The notes beneath the pieces were generated by a model. The model saw only the letters and a list, made by a program, of their open reading frames with translations. It was not told where the DNA came from and made no database searches. This document shows positions 41,093-54,900 of a stretch of DNA of 64,000 bases, one piece after another. The position numbers were made by a program, and so were the translations under genes. Numbering within the stretch: the first letter of the stretch is position 1; the number at the start of each line of letters is the position of its first letter. The DNA comes from Dendrobates tinctorius (Eukaryota), in contig NW_027361869.1 of assembly GCF_039654945.1 (NCBI RefSeq), positions 7,006,001 to 7,070,000 of the forward strand. Direction: 5' to 3'.

Positions 41093-42312
41093 CACACACA
41101 CACACACTATTTAATAAACTATATAAGTGGCAAAAAAACAGTTTTCAACAAAAACATACTAAATAACATTTGTGCAGTCTATTAATTTTTTCTAAGACAT
41201 AGAATTGCCTCCATCAGATCCTCCTTCATAGATGACCTCAAATCTGACCTAATAATTTTAAGGCTAGAGAACAACCTCTCTACAGTAACTTGGGTTGGAG
41301 GCAAAGCCGTAACCACATGGACAACATCTCTAACAATTTACGGGTATAAAGGAATTGCCTTATGCACAGTCAGTTTTGATGAAACATTTTGCTGAAATAT
41401 GGTCAATCTGCTTGCTATAGGAGACGGAGTGAAATCTTTTTCCTTGCGGCAACGCTTTGGCTGCTCCATGTCATCAAAATACATGCCAAAGTCAAACTCC
41501 TCATCTGATGAGAACATATGGCAGCAGTAGCACTCTCAGGACCCAAGTCCTCTTGCGCCTGGCAGTCCTCCTGTAGGCCACTCTTCCTAACTGCTACCTC
41601 AGTCAGAGCTTCTTTTCCTTTAGTAAGCTGTTGATCATCAAGCAATATACGATAACTTGGGTCCACATAAACAGCTGCCAGAAAAAAATTATTTTCCAAC
41701 AGCTGTGTCTGTCTCCATTTCATTGAAGCAGAAATGCCATCTGCGATTAAACCTCCTCTTTGGGACAGGCAAAATAGCAAGTTCTTCCACTCCCTTATGA
41801 AAATGCCAGGAGTTAAATCCTCAGCTTGTAATTTTTTAGTCACGGTAAATAGGTGATTAAGCAATTCCTTCAATTCAGCCACCTGTGTCCATTGACCTTC
41901 ATTTAGGGTTACCTGAGGGTTCGCCATATCTATAAGAAACGGTTTTAGTTCAAGCAATCGCTCAATCATTAAATAAGTGCTGCCGCACTGAGTGGCTTGA
42001 TCGACAATTGCCCCTTTCCCAACACGTCTCCTCAAAATGGAATTTTCCAATCAGATTTCCAGCATGTCCCTCTTGCAGACTATCTCTTATTGCCAGCTGC
42101 AGCGTGTGCACAACTTTCTCACTTTCTCCAGCTCGGGGCCCAGGAATCAGATCCTGTGCAGGGCAGGCACCCCTCCTCTCTCTGGTGAAGACGGCAGAAG
42201 ACAGGACAGAGGAGGGGAGATTGCCCCCTGCAGTCTGGAGCCGGTGCAGGACGGGAGCACTGCAGCATACAAGTGAGTTTTGATAGGTTCCCCCCCGCCC
42301 CTCGATGGCTAC

Positions 42313-42620
42313 GGCCATGATTCACACACAGCGTGTTTGCGGATCCGTTTTTTGCAGTAAAATGCAGTGACTGGGCATCCCAGCAAAGTCAATGGGTTTC
42401 AAGATATGACATTCAGACACATCGTTTTGTGAGGATCCGTTTTTGGGCTGAATGAGCATGTCAGTTTGGGTGGCGTTTTTCTAATCTGCTTTTGCTATTG
42501 AAAAACATTATCTATGAGCTCAAAAACCTTTCAGGTGATAAGTTTTTTTTGAAAATCTGATCTGCTTTTGCAGCTGAAAAACGTATCCTCAAAAAACGCT
42601 GTGTGTGAATGTAGCCTTAG
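42313..42620. mobile_element. Harbinger-like MITE remnant
   Basis: ATTCACACACAGCG...CGCTGTGTGTGAATGTAGCC followed by TTA. Confidence 0.55.
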
Positions 42621-42728
42621 ATCAGGAATAGAACAGCCATTCATAGGATATTTCATAACTTTCCCAAATTCCTATGAAAAAATATTCAGCACATTCTGCA
42701 CTGAATTACTGTACCCAATTTATTATAT

Positions 42729-43562
42729 ACTAGCTGAAGAGCCCGGCGTTGCCTGGGCATAGTAACTAACTGTGGTTAGTTATAGCAAATTATAATGATT
42801 ATATTGCACATAAAAACATTTCACATCATATATTCAACACTACAGATTTGCAACACAAATTAACTAAATGATTACCCAATTATTGACAGTATTTTTTTTC
42901 AACTCATTCAAGAGCCTTTTGATAAACGTGTATCTGTGTATGTAACCCTATCCTGTGTGATAATGTCTGCTGAGAGGTGTGTACCTAATCCTCTCCTGTG
43001 TGATACTTTCTGCTGAGCTGTGTATCTAATCCTATCATGTGTGTTACTGACTGCTCAGCCGTGTATCTAATCCTTTCCTGTGATACTGACTGCTGAGCCG
43101 TGTATCTAATCCTATCCTGTGTGATACCGTCTGCCGAGCCGTGTATCTAACCCTATCCTGTGTGATACTGACTGCAGAGCTGTGTATCTAATCCTGTCCT
43201 GTGTGATACTGACTGCTGAGCCATGTGTCTAATCCTTTCCTGTGTGATACTGACTGCTGAGCTGTATATCTAATCCTATCCTGTGTGATACTAGGCTCCC
43301 CCTGCAGTCTGTGTCAGAGGGTGGTCTGTGTTGGCACGGTAATAAATTGTGTTATTTCCAGCTTTACAGAAGGACGATAACACCATAGAAATGTTAAGAA
43401 TAATAGGCAAAATTGTTTGGAGAATTGGAACGCGCTGGGTTAAAATTTCGCCTCACAACATAGCCTGTGACGCTCTCGGGGTCCAGACGTGTGACTGTGC
43501 CAAATTTTGCGGCTGTAGCTGCGACGGTGCGGATGCCAATCCCGGACATACACACATACATA
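42729..43562 (+). mobile_element. Helitron/Helentron-associated (HINE-like) element with ~41-bp internal minisatellite (42930-43292)
   Basis: Start ACTAGCTG..GCCCGGCGTTGCCTGGGC hairpin; GTGTATCTAATCCTATCCTGTGTGATACTG units; (CATA)-type microsatellite at the end. Confidence 0.55.
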
Positions 43563-43565
43563 CAC

Positions 43566-46029
43566 TTTTTTTTCTTTCCCCATGACAGCACCGCAGACAT
43601 GAGAGATGGTATCTGCCCCCAGGAAACAGGAAACCTGTAGCAGAGACATAAGAAGGGGGCGGCACCTCTCTTCCTCAGTTTGGTTTCCTGTTTCCCGCAG
43701 GCGGATGCCGGTTGCAGAGTCCGTACCTCCGGAGGGATCCCCCTCTGATGTCGTCCGGTCAGGAGGCCGAATTCCGCGGGGAGAGGCAGCGAGGCGTGGT
43801 GGCGCGCGCCTGTCAGACCAGCTCGGTGGGCGCTGTGAGTGGTGTCCTCCTCGTGAGACTCCCTGGTGGCCGCTCCAGTGGGAGGCTGGGCTGGGGGAGG
43901 CATGGCCACCATGACGCTGGCGCCGACTGAGTGGCGACGGCTTCTGGGGTCTCACCGGAAGTGACGTCACACGACGGGGGAGCGGTGTACTGGGCTCTTC
44001 CGGGCGGGAGCAGTCCCAGAAGCGCGCACCGCTCCTCCATAAAAAGGAGGCAAGGCAGGTGCCACTGGTCCCTGAGAGGCTGCACACAGGCTTCGGAGTT
44101 GTAGAGCCAGATCAGCAGCGGAGCGCAGATATGGATCCTGAAGGCGAGATGCGCGCGCAGGAGGAAGAGCCACCTGCTACCGGGGTACCCAGAGGGCCAG
44201 GTGAGTGCCTTTTGTAAGGCAGCACAATATATTAACAACTGCCCTATGTATGTATTCTGTAGGGAAAGGCCACATCAAAGCACAACAAGGAATCTGCATT
44301 ATGCAAAACGGCACTAGCTAAATCTTATGAGAAGCGACTTTGTCGCTCGTGCATTAAAAAAAACAGTGGCCGAAGAGTCACCATCCCTGCTCCAGAGCAT
44401 TAAAACTATGATCCGGGATCAAGTAAAGTCGACGGTAAAAGATGAATTAAAGGAGCAGACTACACTTGGCTCCGATATAACTACTGCTTCACCCCCGCCC
44501 CCACCTCCTCCTCTCCCTCCCACAGAAATAACTACAGACATAGAGTCTGAGGAAGAACAAGGGGAGATAGGGCCCTCGGACTCGGACCTAGACTCCTCGG
44601 ACGAGGAAAATGGTCGTCCATATTTCCTTTCTGAGGACATTGGGAAATTACTAAAGCTTGTAAGGTCCACAATGGGACTTCAAACACCAAAAGAGCCAAA
44701 GTCAACTCAAGATGCTATGTTTAGCAATCTTGACGGGACAATACAAAGGTTTTTTCCTTCCATGATAACCTGTTAAATTTGATCAAGAGGGAATGGAAGA
44801 AACCCAACAAAAAAATGTCCATACCGCAGGCGCTCAAACGTAAATACCCGTTTGATGAGGAGGTATGCGATAAATGGGAAAAAGCTCCCAGGCTAGATGC
44901 CGCCATTGCTAGTACATCCAGGGGAATAGCATTGCCATTTGAGGACATGGGCACCTTAAAAGATCCCCTTGACAAGAAAGCAGACGCTTTTCTAAAATCT
45001 GCTTGGGAAGCATTGGCTTAGTCATTTAAGCCGGGGGGTGGCTGCCACTTGTACAGCGCACGCTATGGTCAAGTGGTTAGACGAATTAAGTGACCAAATT
45101 AAGAATAAATGCCCTAGGGAGACACTACTGGAGGCAATACCTTCCCTACAGAAGGCAGCGGGATTCCTGGCTGATGCCGCAGTAGATTCTGTCCGAGGTG
45201 CCGCCCGTGCATGCGCCCTTTCAAATTCAGACCGCAGAGCACTTTGGTTAAAGAACTAGTCGGCAGACTTCCAGTCAAAGGTTAAACTCTGCGCCGTCCC
45301 TTGTGAGGGTCAATACCTGTTTGGGAAAGCATTGGACGAAATTTTAGAAAAAGTGTCAGATAAGAAAAAACGGTTTCCACTCCCCTTCCCTAGGCGTCGG
45401 TGGACTGAAGCTCGCTCGTCCTTTCGTGGAGCAGGGAACAGAGGGAGCCGAGGGCGGCCAGACGATAGAACCACGCGGGGCAGACCCTGGAGGGGAGAAG
45501 AGAAAGGATTCCCCTTTAGTAAAACCACACCGAGACCCGATACTAAGCAATGACGCCAGGGCGGTTGGGGGAAGGCTTCGGTTCTTTGTCCATCAATGGG
45601 TAGCATTGCCCGCCTCAAAGTGGGTAACCGACCTGTTAGCCGAGGGCCTATGACTAAGTTTTCTAAGCCTTCCACCTCAAAGAGTAAAAGTGACCCGGGT
45701 AGCCAAAAAGAATCAGGCCACGCTAGAAAAGGAGATTCAACTCCTCATGCAAAAGGAGGTACTAATAAAAGTACCGTGTTATCAAGTAGGGAGAGGATTG
45801 TACAGCACTCTGTTCCTCACGCCAAAACCAGATGGGTCACTAAGAACAATATTCAATCTCAAAGCCCTGAATCAATACATCAGAACAGAGAAATTCAAAA
45901 TGGAGACCATGGGGTCAGCAGTGAAGCTACTCGACCCGGGTTGCTACATGGCAGTAATAGATCTTACCGACGCCTATTACCATGTCCCAATATGGGGGGG
46001 AACACCAACAATATCTAAGATTGGTAGTA
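43566..46029 (+). mobile_element. DIRS-type retrotransposon, 5' part (gag with LAP2alpha-like domain, start of RT), truncated
   Basis: T-rich start; YPF..KWEKAPRLDAAIA..LKDPLDKK; VGGRL..W; LYSTLFLTPKPDGSLRTIFNLKALN; IDLTDAYYHVPI. Confidence 0.87.
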
Positions 46030-46615
46030 GGAATAATCCAACAGATTTATTGACCAAAAAACAGGAACAACACGAAGGTAATTTGCAGAGTCCCAAAATA
46101 AGTCCACAGGAAACTGATTCGGGGGCACCTCCCGACAATCCTTGTGCCAGATCACAAAACCATAGTCCTTTAAGAGTCCCAGAAATCCACCACGATCGCA
46201 CAGAGGCCGAAGCTTCCTCAGACAGCCTCGTCCTTCTCTTTTAGCATCCAACTCACATCTGATCTTAAAGCAAGAATGTATTGTCAGGGCTCCTGGGATC
46301 AGTCCATCTGAAGGGGGGTAGGGGTCACACCTACTATTCAATGGTTTGGTCCATCAGAAGAGTCTAGAAATGTAAGGGCTCCACTTGGTCTACAGGATGT
46401 GTATTGTAGGTTATCTTCTGCTTAGGAAAACAATAGCCAAAGTTCCACTAGCTGTTGACACAAGCCTAAATTAGATTATGGTCCAGGTACATCACAAGAC
46501 ATTGCAAAGTATTGGGGGAAGGAGACATGGTTAATTTACAGCAAATACAACCAGAGGAAAGTTACATGACATATTATACAAAATACAGGACAGGGCAAAA
46601 CTACAAATCATGACA
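46030..46615 (-). mobile_element. Gmr1-type Gypsy LTR1 (3' LTR, outer ~45 bp missing)
   Basis: Matches 51335-51919 and 60405-60991; PPT at 46616-46630. Confidence 0.92.
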
Positions 46616-46698
46616 ATCCCTTCCCCTCCCAATTTGTGTACGTACTAGGGACCTCTACAGGTCACTGGTTAAGTACACACAGGCATGGCTGACAGGAC

Positions 46699-49600
46699 TC
46701 AGGGCTCCTCTTGCCTGGACAGTCCATCTGCATTTTGGGGTTGGCTGCCTCTTCTATATTGTATGGTAAAGTTATAGGGCTGCAGTGCCAGGCTCCATCG
46801 TAGTAAGCGTCCATTGTCCCCAGAGACTCTGTTCAGCCAGGTGAGGGGATTGTGATCAGTAATGACAGTGAATTCTCGTCCATACAGATACGGCCTTAGT
46901 TTCCTAAGGGCCCACACTACAGCCAGACATTCTTTTTCAACAGTTGCATAGGCCACTTCTCGGTCCAGCAGTTTCCGGCTGAGGTAGGCAATGGGGTGCT
47001 CGTCCCCAGCTGCATTCACCTGGCTGAGGACAGCTCCCAGTCCATAAGCAGAGGCGTCCGTCTGCACAATGAATCTCCTCTTGTAGTCTGGAGCAGCCAG
47101 AACAGGGTCACAGACCAGAGCGTCCTTCAGCTGGTTAAAAGCCTCATCACAGGCTGGAGTCCAGATCACCAACCAGGGCATCGTTTTCTTGGTCAGGTCG
47201 GTAAGAGGCTTGGCCACAGTGCTGAAATGAGAAACAAATTTTCGGTAATAACTGGCAGTGCCCAAAAAAGCCATAACTTGTTTCTTAGTTTGGGGTACAG
47301 GCCAGTCTCTAATAGCCTGGATTTTGGCAGGTTCGGGACGGAGCTTCCCTCCTCCTACTCTATGCCCTAGGTACTGGACTTCACCCATCCCCAATTGGCA
47401 TTTATCTGGTCGAATGGTTAGGCCTGCTGCAAGAAGCAGGTCAAGAATAACGGCTACTTGGTTCAGATGTTCCTCCCACGTCTGGCTGAAGATGGCGATA
47501 TCATCCAAGTAGGCACAAGCAAAGTCACCACATCCCCGGAGGATCTGGTCCACCATTCTCTGGAAGGTGGCCGGGGCATTCTTCATTCCAAAGGGCATAT
47601 TTAGGAATTCATACAGACCAAAGGGGGTTATAAAAGCGGACCGTTCTCTCCCCTCCTCCGTCAGAGGGATTTGCCAGTATCCCTTACTGAGATCAAAGAT
47701 AATGACATATCGGGATCCAGCCAGTCGGTCTAGAAGTTCGTCAATACGAGGCATTGGGTAAGGATCACTGACGGTATGGTCGTTTAGTCGTCGATAGTCC
47801 ACACAAAATCGAGTACTCCCATCCTTCTTGGGTACTAACACCACAGGAGAGGCCCAAGGGCTATGGGAGGCCTGGATTACCCCAAGCTGTAGCATCTCCT
47901 CCAGTTCGTGCTGCATGGTGTTTCGAACTGATTCAGGTACCCGGTAAGGAGCCTGTTGTATGGGACGGATGCCCTGAGTGTCCACATGATGTTGGGTGAC
48001 GGTGGTTCGACCTGGTTGGGATGAGAAAGCAGCACGTCTCTGTTGAAGCACTCCCAGCATCTGGATTTTCTGTAAGGAATCCAGGTGATCTCCCAGAGGA
48101 ACCTGTTCCACAGTGGATGGGGCTCTCGCTGCTTCCAGGAGATCAGGTAGGGAGTCCTCATCCTCTTGACCGTCCTCTGAAGCTAGCCGACAGCTTGCTA
48201 TCATTGGAAGGGTCCGGTCATGGTACTCCTTAATCATATTCACATGGACAGTCTTTTGTCTTAGCCCCTGATCATCTAAAGCAAGAAGGTAATTGGTGTC
48301 ATTCAGTTTTCTGAGAACCCGGAAGGGACCCTCCCATGTTGTCTGCAGTTTATTCTGCCGATGGGGAACAATCATTAAGACCTGTTGTCCTTCTACAAAC
48401 TCCCGGTAGCGTGCTTTACGGTCATACCATGTCTTCTGTCTGGTTTGAGCCATCCGCACATGACTCTGGGCAAAACTATCAAGTTGGGCCAGGGTTTCTC
48501 GCAGCTTTAGGACATAAGGGACAACAGGGGCCCCTGTATCTTCAACTTGCCCCTCCCAGTATTCCTTGAGCAGGGTTAAGGGTCCTCGGACCTTTCTTCC
48601 ATAGAGTAGTTCAAAGGGGGAGAACCCAGTGGACTCCTGGGGAACTTCCCGATAGGCAAACAAGAGATGGGGTAGGTACTTCTCCCAGTTTGAATCTCTG
48701 TCAGTGAAGGCCCTCAGCATATTCTTCAGAGTGCCATTAAATCGTTCACAAAGTCCATTTGTTTGGGGATGATACGGGGTCGTGCGGATCGCTCGTACTC
48801 CACAGGTGCGCCACAGACACTGGACCAGCTCTGACATGAACTGGGAGCCTTGGTCCGACAAGATCTCACTGGGAAATCCTACTCTGGTGAAAATGGTAAC
48901 CAGGGCCTCGGCCACCTTGGCTGCAGAAATACTTGACAAGGCCACCGCTTCTGGATATCGGGTGGCATAGTCCACAACAGTGAGAATGTACTGCTTTCCA
49001 GATTTACTTGGTTTAGCCAGAGGTCCAATGATATCAACAGCTACTCTTTGAAAGGGTTCTTCTATTATAGGGAGCGGTTGCAGGGGTGCCTTTGGGTGAT
49101 CTCCGGGTCGCCCTCTACGCTGACATATGTCGCAAGTTCGGCAGAAATGCGCCACTGCTTGGGAAATCCCAGGCCAATAGAAAGATTGAGTCAATTGCCT
49201 CTCGGTGCGGGTTTTGCCTTGATGGCCAGCAGTAGGAATATCATGAGCAAGGTGTAATAGGGGAATTCTGTATTTCTGAGGAACAATCAGCTGTTTGCTA
49301 TAAGTCCAGGGCTTATCTAGGGAGTCGGCATTGGTAACCCGATACAGAAGTCCATTTTCTCTGATAATTCTTTCTCCATTCTCCCCTAGCTGCCCTATTT
49401 CAGCTCGAGCTCTAAAACTAGCTAGGGTGGGGTCAGTCTCCACTTCTTGTCTAAACTGAACTTTATCCCAGGTAACATTCATATTATCCCCACAAGAAGA
49501 ATCACTCACCGGCTGTGACGGCGGTTCTGGTGGCCTCATTTCCATGGAAGGGTTGTACACGTCCACATTTGCTGCTCTCTTGGCTTGACTTCGGGTTACC

Positions 49601-51255
49601 GCACCGACAAAGTGGCAATGAAGATTCCCCACATCATTTCCTAGAAGAACGTCTGCAGGGAGGCCGCTCATCACACCGACCATGTATTGTTTGGCCCCAA
49701 AGCCATAATCCAGGGTCACACTCGCTCTTGGAATATATCTCTGGGTACCTCCAGCCAATTCAATGGCAATTCCTGGTCCCTTTTGAATTGCTTCTGGTTG
49801 AATTACTCGGGGATCGGCTATGGTGAGAAAAGCCCCAGTGTCACGGAAGCCAACAACTTTTTGACCATCCAGCACGACCTCCTGTAGATGTTTGTGCTGA
49901 AGATCAGAAGAACAGGTGGCTGGGGCTCGCACCCCATAGACTCCTGGTAGGGAAGCCAGGATATCAGAGTCACTTGGCAAGTCATCAGGCACTGAATCCA
50001 TCTCTTCTCCAGGTGAGGGGGTCTGTAGATAATGAACAGGCAAAGGCGGTCTGTAGGTGTTCTGCCTCCATACACCTGGACATTGGAATTGCATATGCCC
50101 GGGCTGCCCACATCCATATCATCTGCGCTCTGGGATTCTTCCTCCACGTCGTAGTCCCAAAGGTGGAGCAGGAGTAATGCGAGGCACAGTCACACGAAGG
50201 TCACCATGAGTTGATGGTCTAGTGGGATGGTGAATATTGGAGGCAGAAGGACCAGGGGCCGCCAGCGTTGGGGGGCTGGTAGTGTTTTTCTCCCTGAGTA
50301 GTAATTTTTTCCACTGAGGCTTGATGGTGAGAGCCTCATCAGCTAGAGCTGCAGCTTCCTCCACTGTTGCTGGTCTCCTTTCACGCACCCATTCCCGGAT
50401 CTCAGCGGGGCACTTAAAATAAAACTGCTCTTTTAGGATGACCTGCAGGAACGTTTCCCAGGTTATGGCCTCCTCTGCCTCCAGCCAGCGATGACATATA
50501 TGTTTGAGTTTGTGAGCATACATCTTGAAGGACACTTCCTCATCACAGGCTAAAGTACGGAACTGAGTCCTGTAAGTGTCTGGGGTCACAGCATAATGTT
50601 CTAGAATAGTCTGTTTAATCTCCGCATACTCACAGTTCAACCGAGGGTCCATAGCTCTATAGGCTGCGGCAGCTCCACCCTCTAAGAGCCCCACAAGATG
50701 TCGGACGCGCTCCCTTTCCGGGACTTCCATTAATCGACACTGATGCTCAAAGTCCAGGAAGAAGCCCTCAATGTCACCGGAAGCCTCATTAAACGGCTTG
50801 AAGTCTTTGCGGGACACTCTGGGGAGTTCCCTCATGGGGGATGCTGTGGGTACAGTCTGTCTGGAGCTTCTCGCTGCCTCCAAAGTGATCTCCCTCTCCA
50901 GCATTGCCCTCTCCTCCATCCTGCGCTGCCTCTCCTTGGCTGTGCGCATGACCTCCCTCTTATCTTCTATGGTAGCCTCTTCTCCCAGCAAGGCCATCTC
51001 CTCCTCGTACCACACAACCCACTGACTTTTTTGGGTATTTACCTCCGACTGCCGCCTTTCCTCTCTTTGCTGTGAGGATCCTTCCTCAGCATCATCTTGC
51101 AGGTGAACTGCTTCCAAAGCCTCAATCAGCTGCTCCTTGGAGAGTCCCTTGTAGCTGACTCCCAGTTCACGGGCCTTTGTTTGTAGGTTCACCGCAGTCC
51201 AGTTCTTGTACTCTGCGGTGCTGGTTCCAGATGTTGATGGGCCGTTGTCCTCCAT
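46699..51255 (-). pseudogene. Gmr1-type gag-pol copy 1 (SCAN-like gag, protease, integrase, RT, RNase H); one stop at 50119
   Basis: EQF..PAEIREWVRERRP; DTGA; H..GH..C..C, AVDII, ILSDQG, NGLCER, GPF placed before RT (YLDD) and RNase H (TDAS..ADGLSR). Confidence 0.94.
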
Positions 51256-51269
51256 TCCTTCTGCTCTGA

Positions 51270-51287
51270 TCCCAGCGCTGCCAACCA
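51270..51287 (-). other. Primer-binding site (tRNA-Leu-like); second copy at 60340-60357
   Basis: Minus strand TGGTTGGCAGCGCTGGGA just inside the LTR. Confidence 0.6.
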
Positions 51288-51290
51288 GTT

Positions 51291-51919
51291 TGTGACGGGA
51301 GTATTCTCCAGAGCAAGGAGGGACAACAGGCCTGGGAATAATCCAACAGATTTATTGACCAAAAAACAGGAACAACATGAAGGTAATTTGCAGAGTCCCA
51401 AAATAAGTCCACAGGAAACTGATTCGGGGGCACCTCCCGACAATCCTTGTGCCAGATCACAAAACCATAGTCCTTTAAGAGTCCCAGAAATCCACCACGA
51501 TCGCACAGAGGCCGAAGCTTCCTCAGACAGCCTCGTCCTTCTCTTTTAGCATCCAACTCACATCTGATCTTAAAGCAAGAATGTATTGTCAGGGCTCCTG
51601 GGATCAGTCCATCTGAAGGGGGGTAGGGGTCACACCTACTATTCAATGGTTTGGTCCATCAGAAGATTCTAGAAATGTAAGGGCTCCACTTAGTCTACAG
51701 GATGTGTATTGTAGGTTATCTTCTGCTTAGGAAAACAATAGCCAAAGTTCCACTAGCTGTTGACACAAGCCTAAATTAGATTATGGTCCAGGTACATCAC
51801 AAGACATTGCAAAGTATTGGGGGAAGGAGACATGGTTAATTTACAGCAAATGAACCAGAGGAAAGTTAAATGACATATTATACAAAATACAGGACAGGGC
51901 AAGACTACAAATCATGACA
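51291..51919 (-). mobile_element. Gmr1 LTR2 (middle)
   Basis: TGTGAC...TGACA, about 630 bp. Confidence 0.93.
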
Positions 51920-54900
51920 GCGTCCGTCTGCACAATGAATCTCCTCTTGTAGTCTGGAGCAGCCAGAACAGGGTCACAGACCAGAGCGTCGTTCAGCTGG
52001 TTAAAAGCCTCATCACAGGCTGGAGTCCAGATCACCAACCAGGGCATCGTTTTCTTGGTCAGGTCGGTAAGAGGCTTGGCCACAGTGCTGAAATGAGAAA
52101 CAAATTTTCGGTAATAACTGGCAGTGCCCAAAAAAGCCATAACTTGTTTCTTAGTTTGGGGTACAGGCCAGTCTCTAATAGCCTGGATTTTGGCAGGTTC
52201 GGGACGGAGCTTCCCTCCGCCTACTCTATGCCCTAGGTACTCGACTTCACCCATCCCCAATTGGCATTTATCTGGTCGAATGGTTAGGCCTGCGGCAAGA
52301 AGCAGGTCAAGAATAACGGCTACTTGGTTCAGATGTTCCTCCCACGTCTGGCTGAAGATGGCGATATCATCCAAGTAGGCACAAGCAAAGTCACCACATC
52401 CCCGGAGGATCTGGTCCACCATTCTCTGGAAGGTGGCCGGGGCATTCTTCATTCCAAAGGGCATATTTAGGAATTCATACAGACCAAAGGGGGTTATAAA
52501 AGCGGACCGTTCTCTCCCCTCCTCCGTCAGGGGGATTTGCCAGTATCCCTTACTGAGATCAAAGATAGTGACATATCGGGATCCAGCCAGTCGGTCTAGA
52601 AGTTCGTCAATACGAGGCATTGGGTAAGGATCACTGACGGTATGGTCGTTTAGTCGTCGATAGTCCACACAAAATCGAGTACTCCCATCCTTCTTGGGTA
52701 CTAACACCACAGGAGAGGCCCAAGGGCTATGGGAGGCCTGGATTACCCCAAGCTGTAGCATCTCCTCCAGTTCGTGCTGCATGGTGTTTCGAACTGATTC
52801 AGGTACCCGGTAAGGAGCCTGTTGTATGGGACGGATGCCCTGAGTGTCCACATGATGTTGGGTGACGGTGGTTCGACCTGGTTGGGATGAGAAAGCAGCA
52901 CGTCTCTGTTGAAGCACTCCCAGCATCTGTTTTTTCTGTAAGGAATCCAGGTGATCTCCCAGAGGAACCTGTTCCACAGTGGATGGGGCTCTCGCTGCTT
53001 CCACGAGATCAGGTAGGGAGTCCTCATCCTCTTGACCGTCCTCTGAAGCTAGCCAACAGCTTGCTATCATTGGAAGGGTCCGGTCATGGTACTCCTTAAT
53101 CATATTCACATGGACAGTCTTTTGTCTTAGCCCCTGATCATCTAAAGCAAGAAGGTAATTGGTGTCATTCAGTTTTCTGAGAACCCGGAAGGGACCCTCC
53201 CATGTTGTCTGCAGTTTATTCTGCCGATGAGGAACAATCATTAAGACCTGTTGTCCTTCTACAAACTCCCGGTAGCGTGCTTTACGGTCATACCATGTCT
53301 TCTGTCTGGTTTGAGCCATCCGCACATGACTCTGGGCAAAACTATCAAGTTGGGCCAGGGTTTCTCGCAGCTTTAGGACATAAGGAACAACAGGGGCCCC
53401 TGTATCTTCAACTTGCCCCTCCCAGTATTCCTTGAGCAGGGTTAAGGGTCCTCTGACCTTTCTTCCATAGAGTAGTTCAAAGGGGGAGAACCCAGTGGAC
53501 TCCTGGGGAACTTCCCGATAGGCAAACAAGAGATGGGGTAGGTACTTCTCCCAGTTTGAATCTCTGTCAGTGAAGGCCCTCAGCATATTCTTCAGAGTGC
53601 CATTAAATCGTTCACAAAGTCCATTTGTTTGGGGATGATACGGGGTCGTGCGGATCGCTCGTACTCCACAGGTGCGCCACAGACACTGGACCAGCTCTGA
53701 CATGAACTGGGAGCCTTGGTCCGACAAGATCTCACTGGGAAATCCTACTCTGGTGAAAATGGTAACCAGGGCCTCGGCCACCTTGGCTGCAGAAATACTT
53801 GACAAGGCCACCGCTTCTGGATATCGGGTGGCATAGTCCACAACAGTGAGAATGTACTGCTTTCCAGATTTACTTGGTTTAGCCAGAGGTCCAATGATAT
53901 CAACAGCTACTCTTTGAAAGGGTTCTTCTATTATAGGGAGCGGTTGCAGGGGTGCCTTTGGGTGATCTCCGGGTTGCCCTCTACGCTGACATATGTTGCA
54001 AGTTCGGCAGAAATGCGCCACTGCTTGGGAAATCCCAGGCCAATAGAAAGATTGAGTCAATCGCCTCTCGGTGCGGGTTTTGCCTTGATGGCCAGCAGTA
54101 GGAATATCATGAGCAAGGTGTAATAGGGGAATTCTGTATTTCTGAGGAACAATCAGCTGTTTGCTATAAGTCCAGGGCTTATCCAGGGAGTCGGCATTGG
54201 TAACCCGATACAGAAGTCCATTTTCTCTGATAATTCTTTCTCCATTCTCCCCTAGCTGCCCTATTTCAGCTCGAGCTCTAAAACTAGCTAGGGTGGGGTC
54301 AGTCTCCACTTCTTGTCTAAACTGAACTTTATCCCAGGTAACATTCATATTATCCCCACAAGAAGAATCACTCACCGGCTGTGACGGCGGTTCTGGTGGC
54401 CTCATTTCCATGGATGGGTTGTACACGTCCACATTTGCTGCTCTCTTGGCTTGACTTCGGGTTACCGCACCGACAAAGTGGCAATGAAGATTCCCCACAT
54501 CATTTCCTAGAAGAACGTCTGCAGGGAGGCCGCTCATCACACCGACCATGCATTGTTTGGCCCCAAAGCCATAATCCAGGGTCACACTCGCTCTTGGAAT
54601 ATATCTCTGGGTACCTCCAGCCAATTCAATGGCAATTCCTGGTCCCTTTTGAATTGCTTCTGGTTGAATTACTCGGGGATCGGCTATGGTGAGAAAAGCC
54701 CCAGTGTCACGGAAGCCAACAACTTTTTGACCATCCAGCACGACCTCCTGTAGATGTTTGTGCTGAAGATCAGAAGAACAGGTGGCTGGGGCTCGCACCC
54801 CATAGACTCCTGGTAGGGAAGCCAGGATATCAGAGTCACTTGGCAAGTCATCAGGCTCTGAATCCATCTCTTCTCCAAGTGAGGGAGTCTGTAGATAATG

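Larger units (their letters stand above)
38253..42120 (-). mobile_element. Decayed hAT transposon interrupted by nested insertions
   Basis: Terminus CAGGGCTGTGGAGTCGG; minus-strand transposase remnants HTLQLAIRD, GSTYLMIERLL and dimerisation motif LPPTQVTVERLFS (~41270-41310). Confidence 0.75.
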
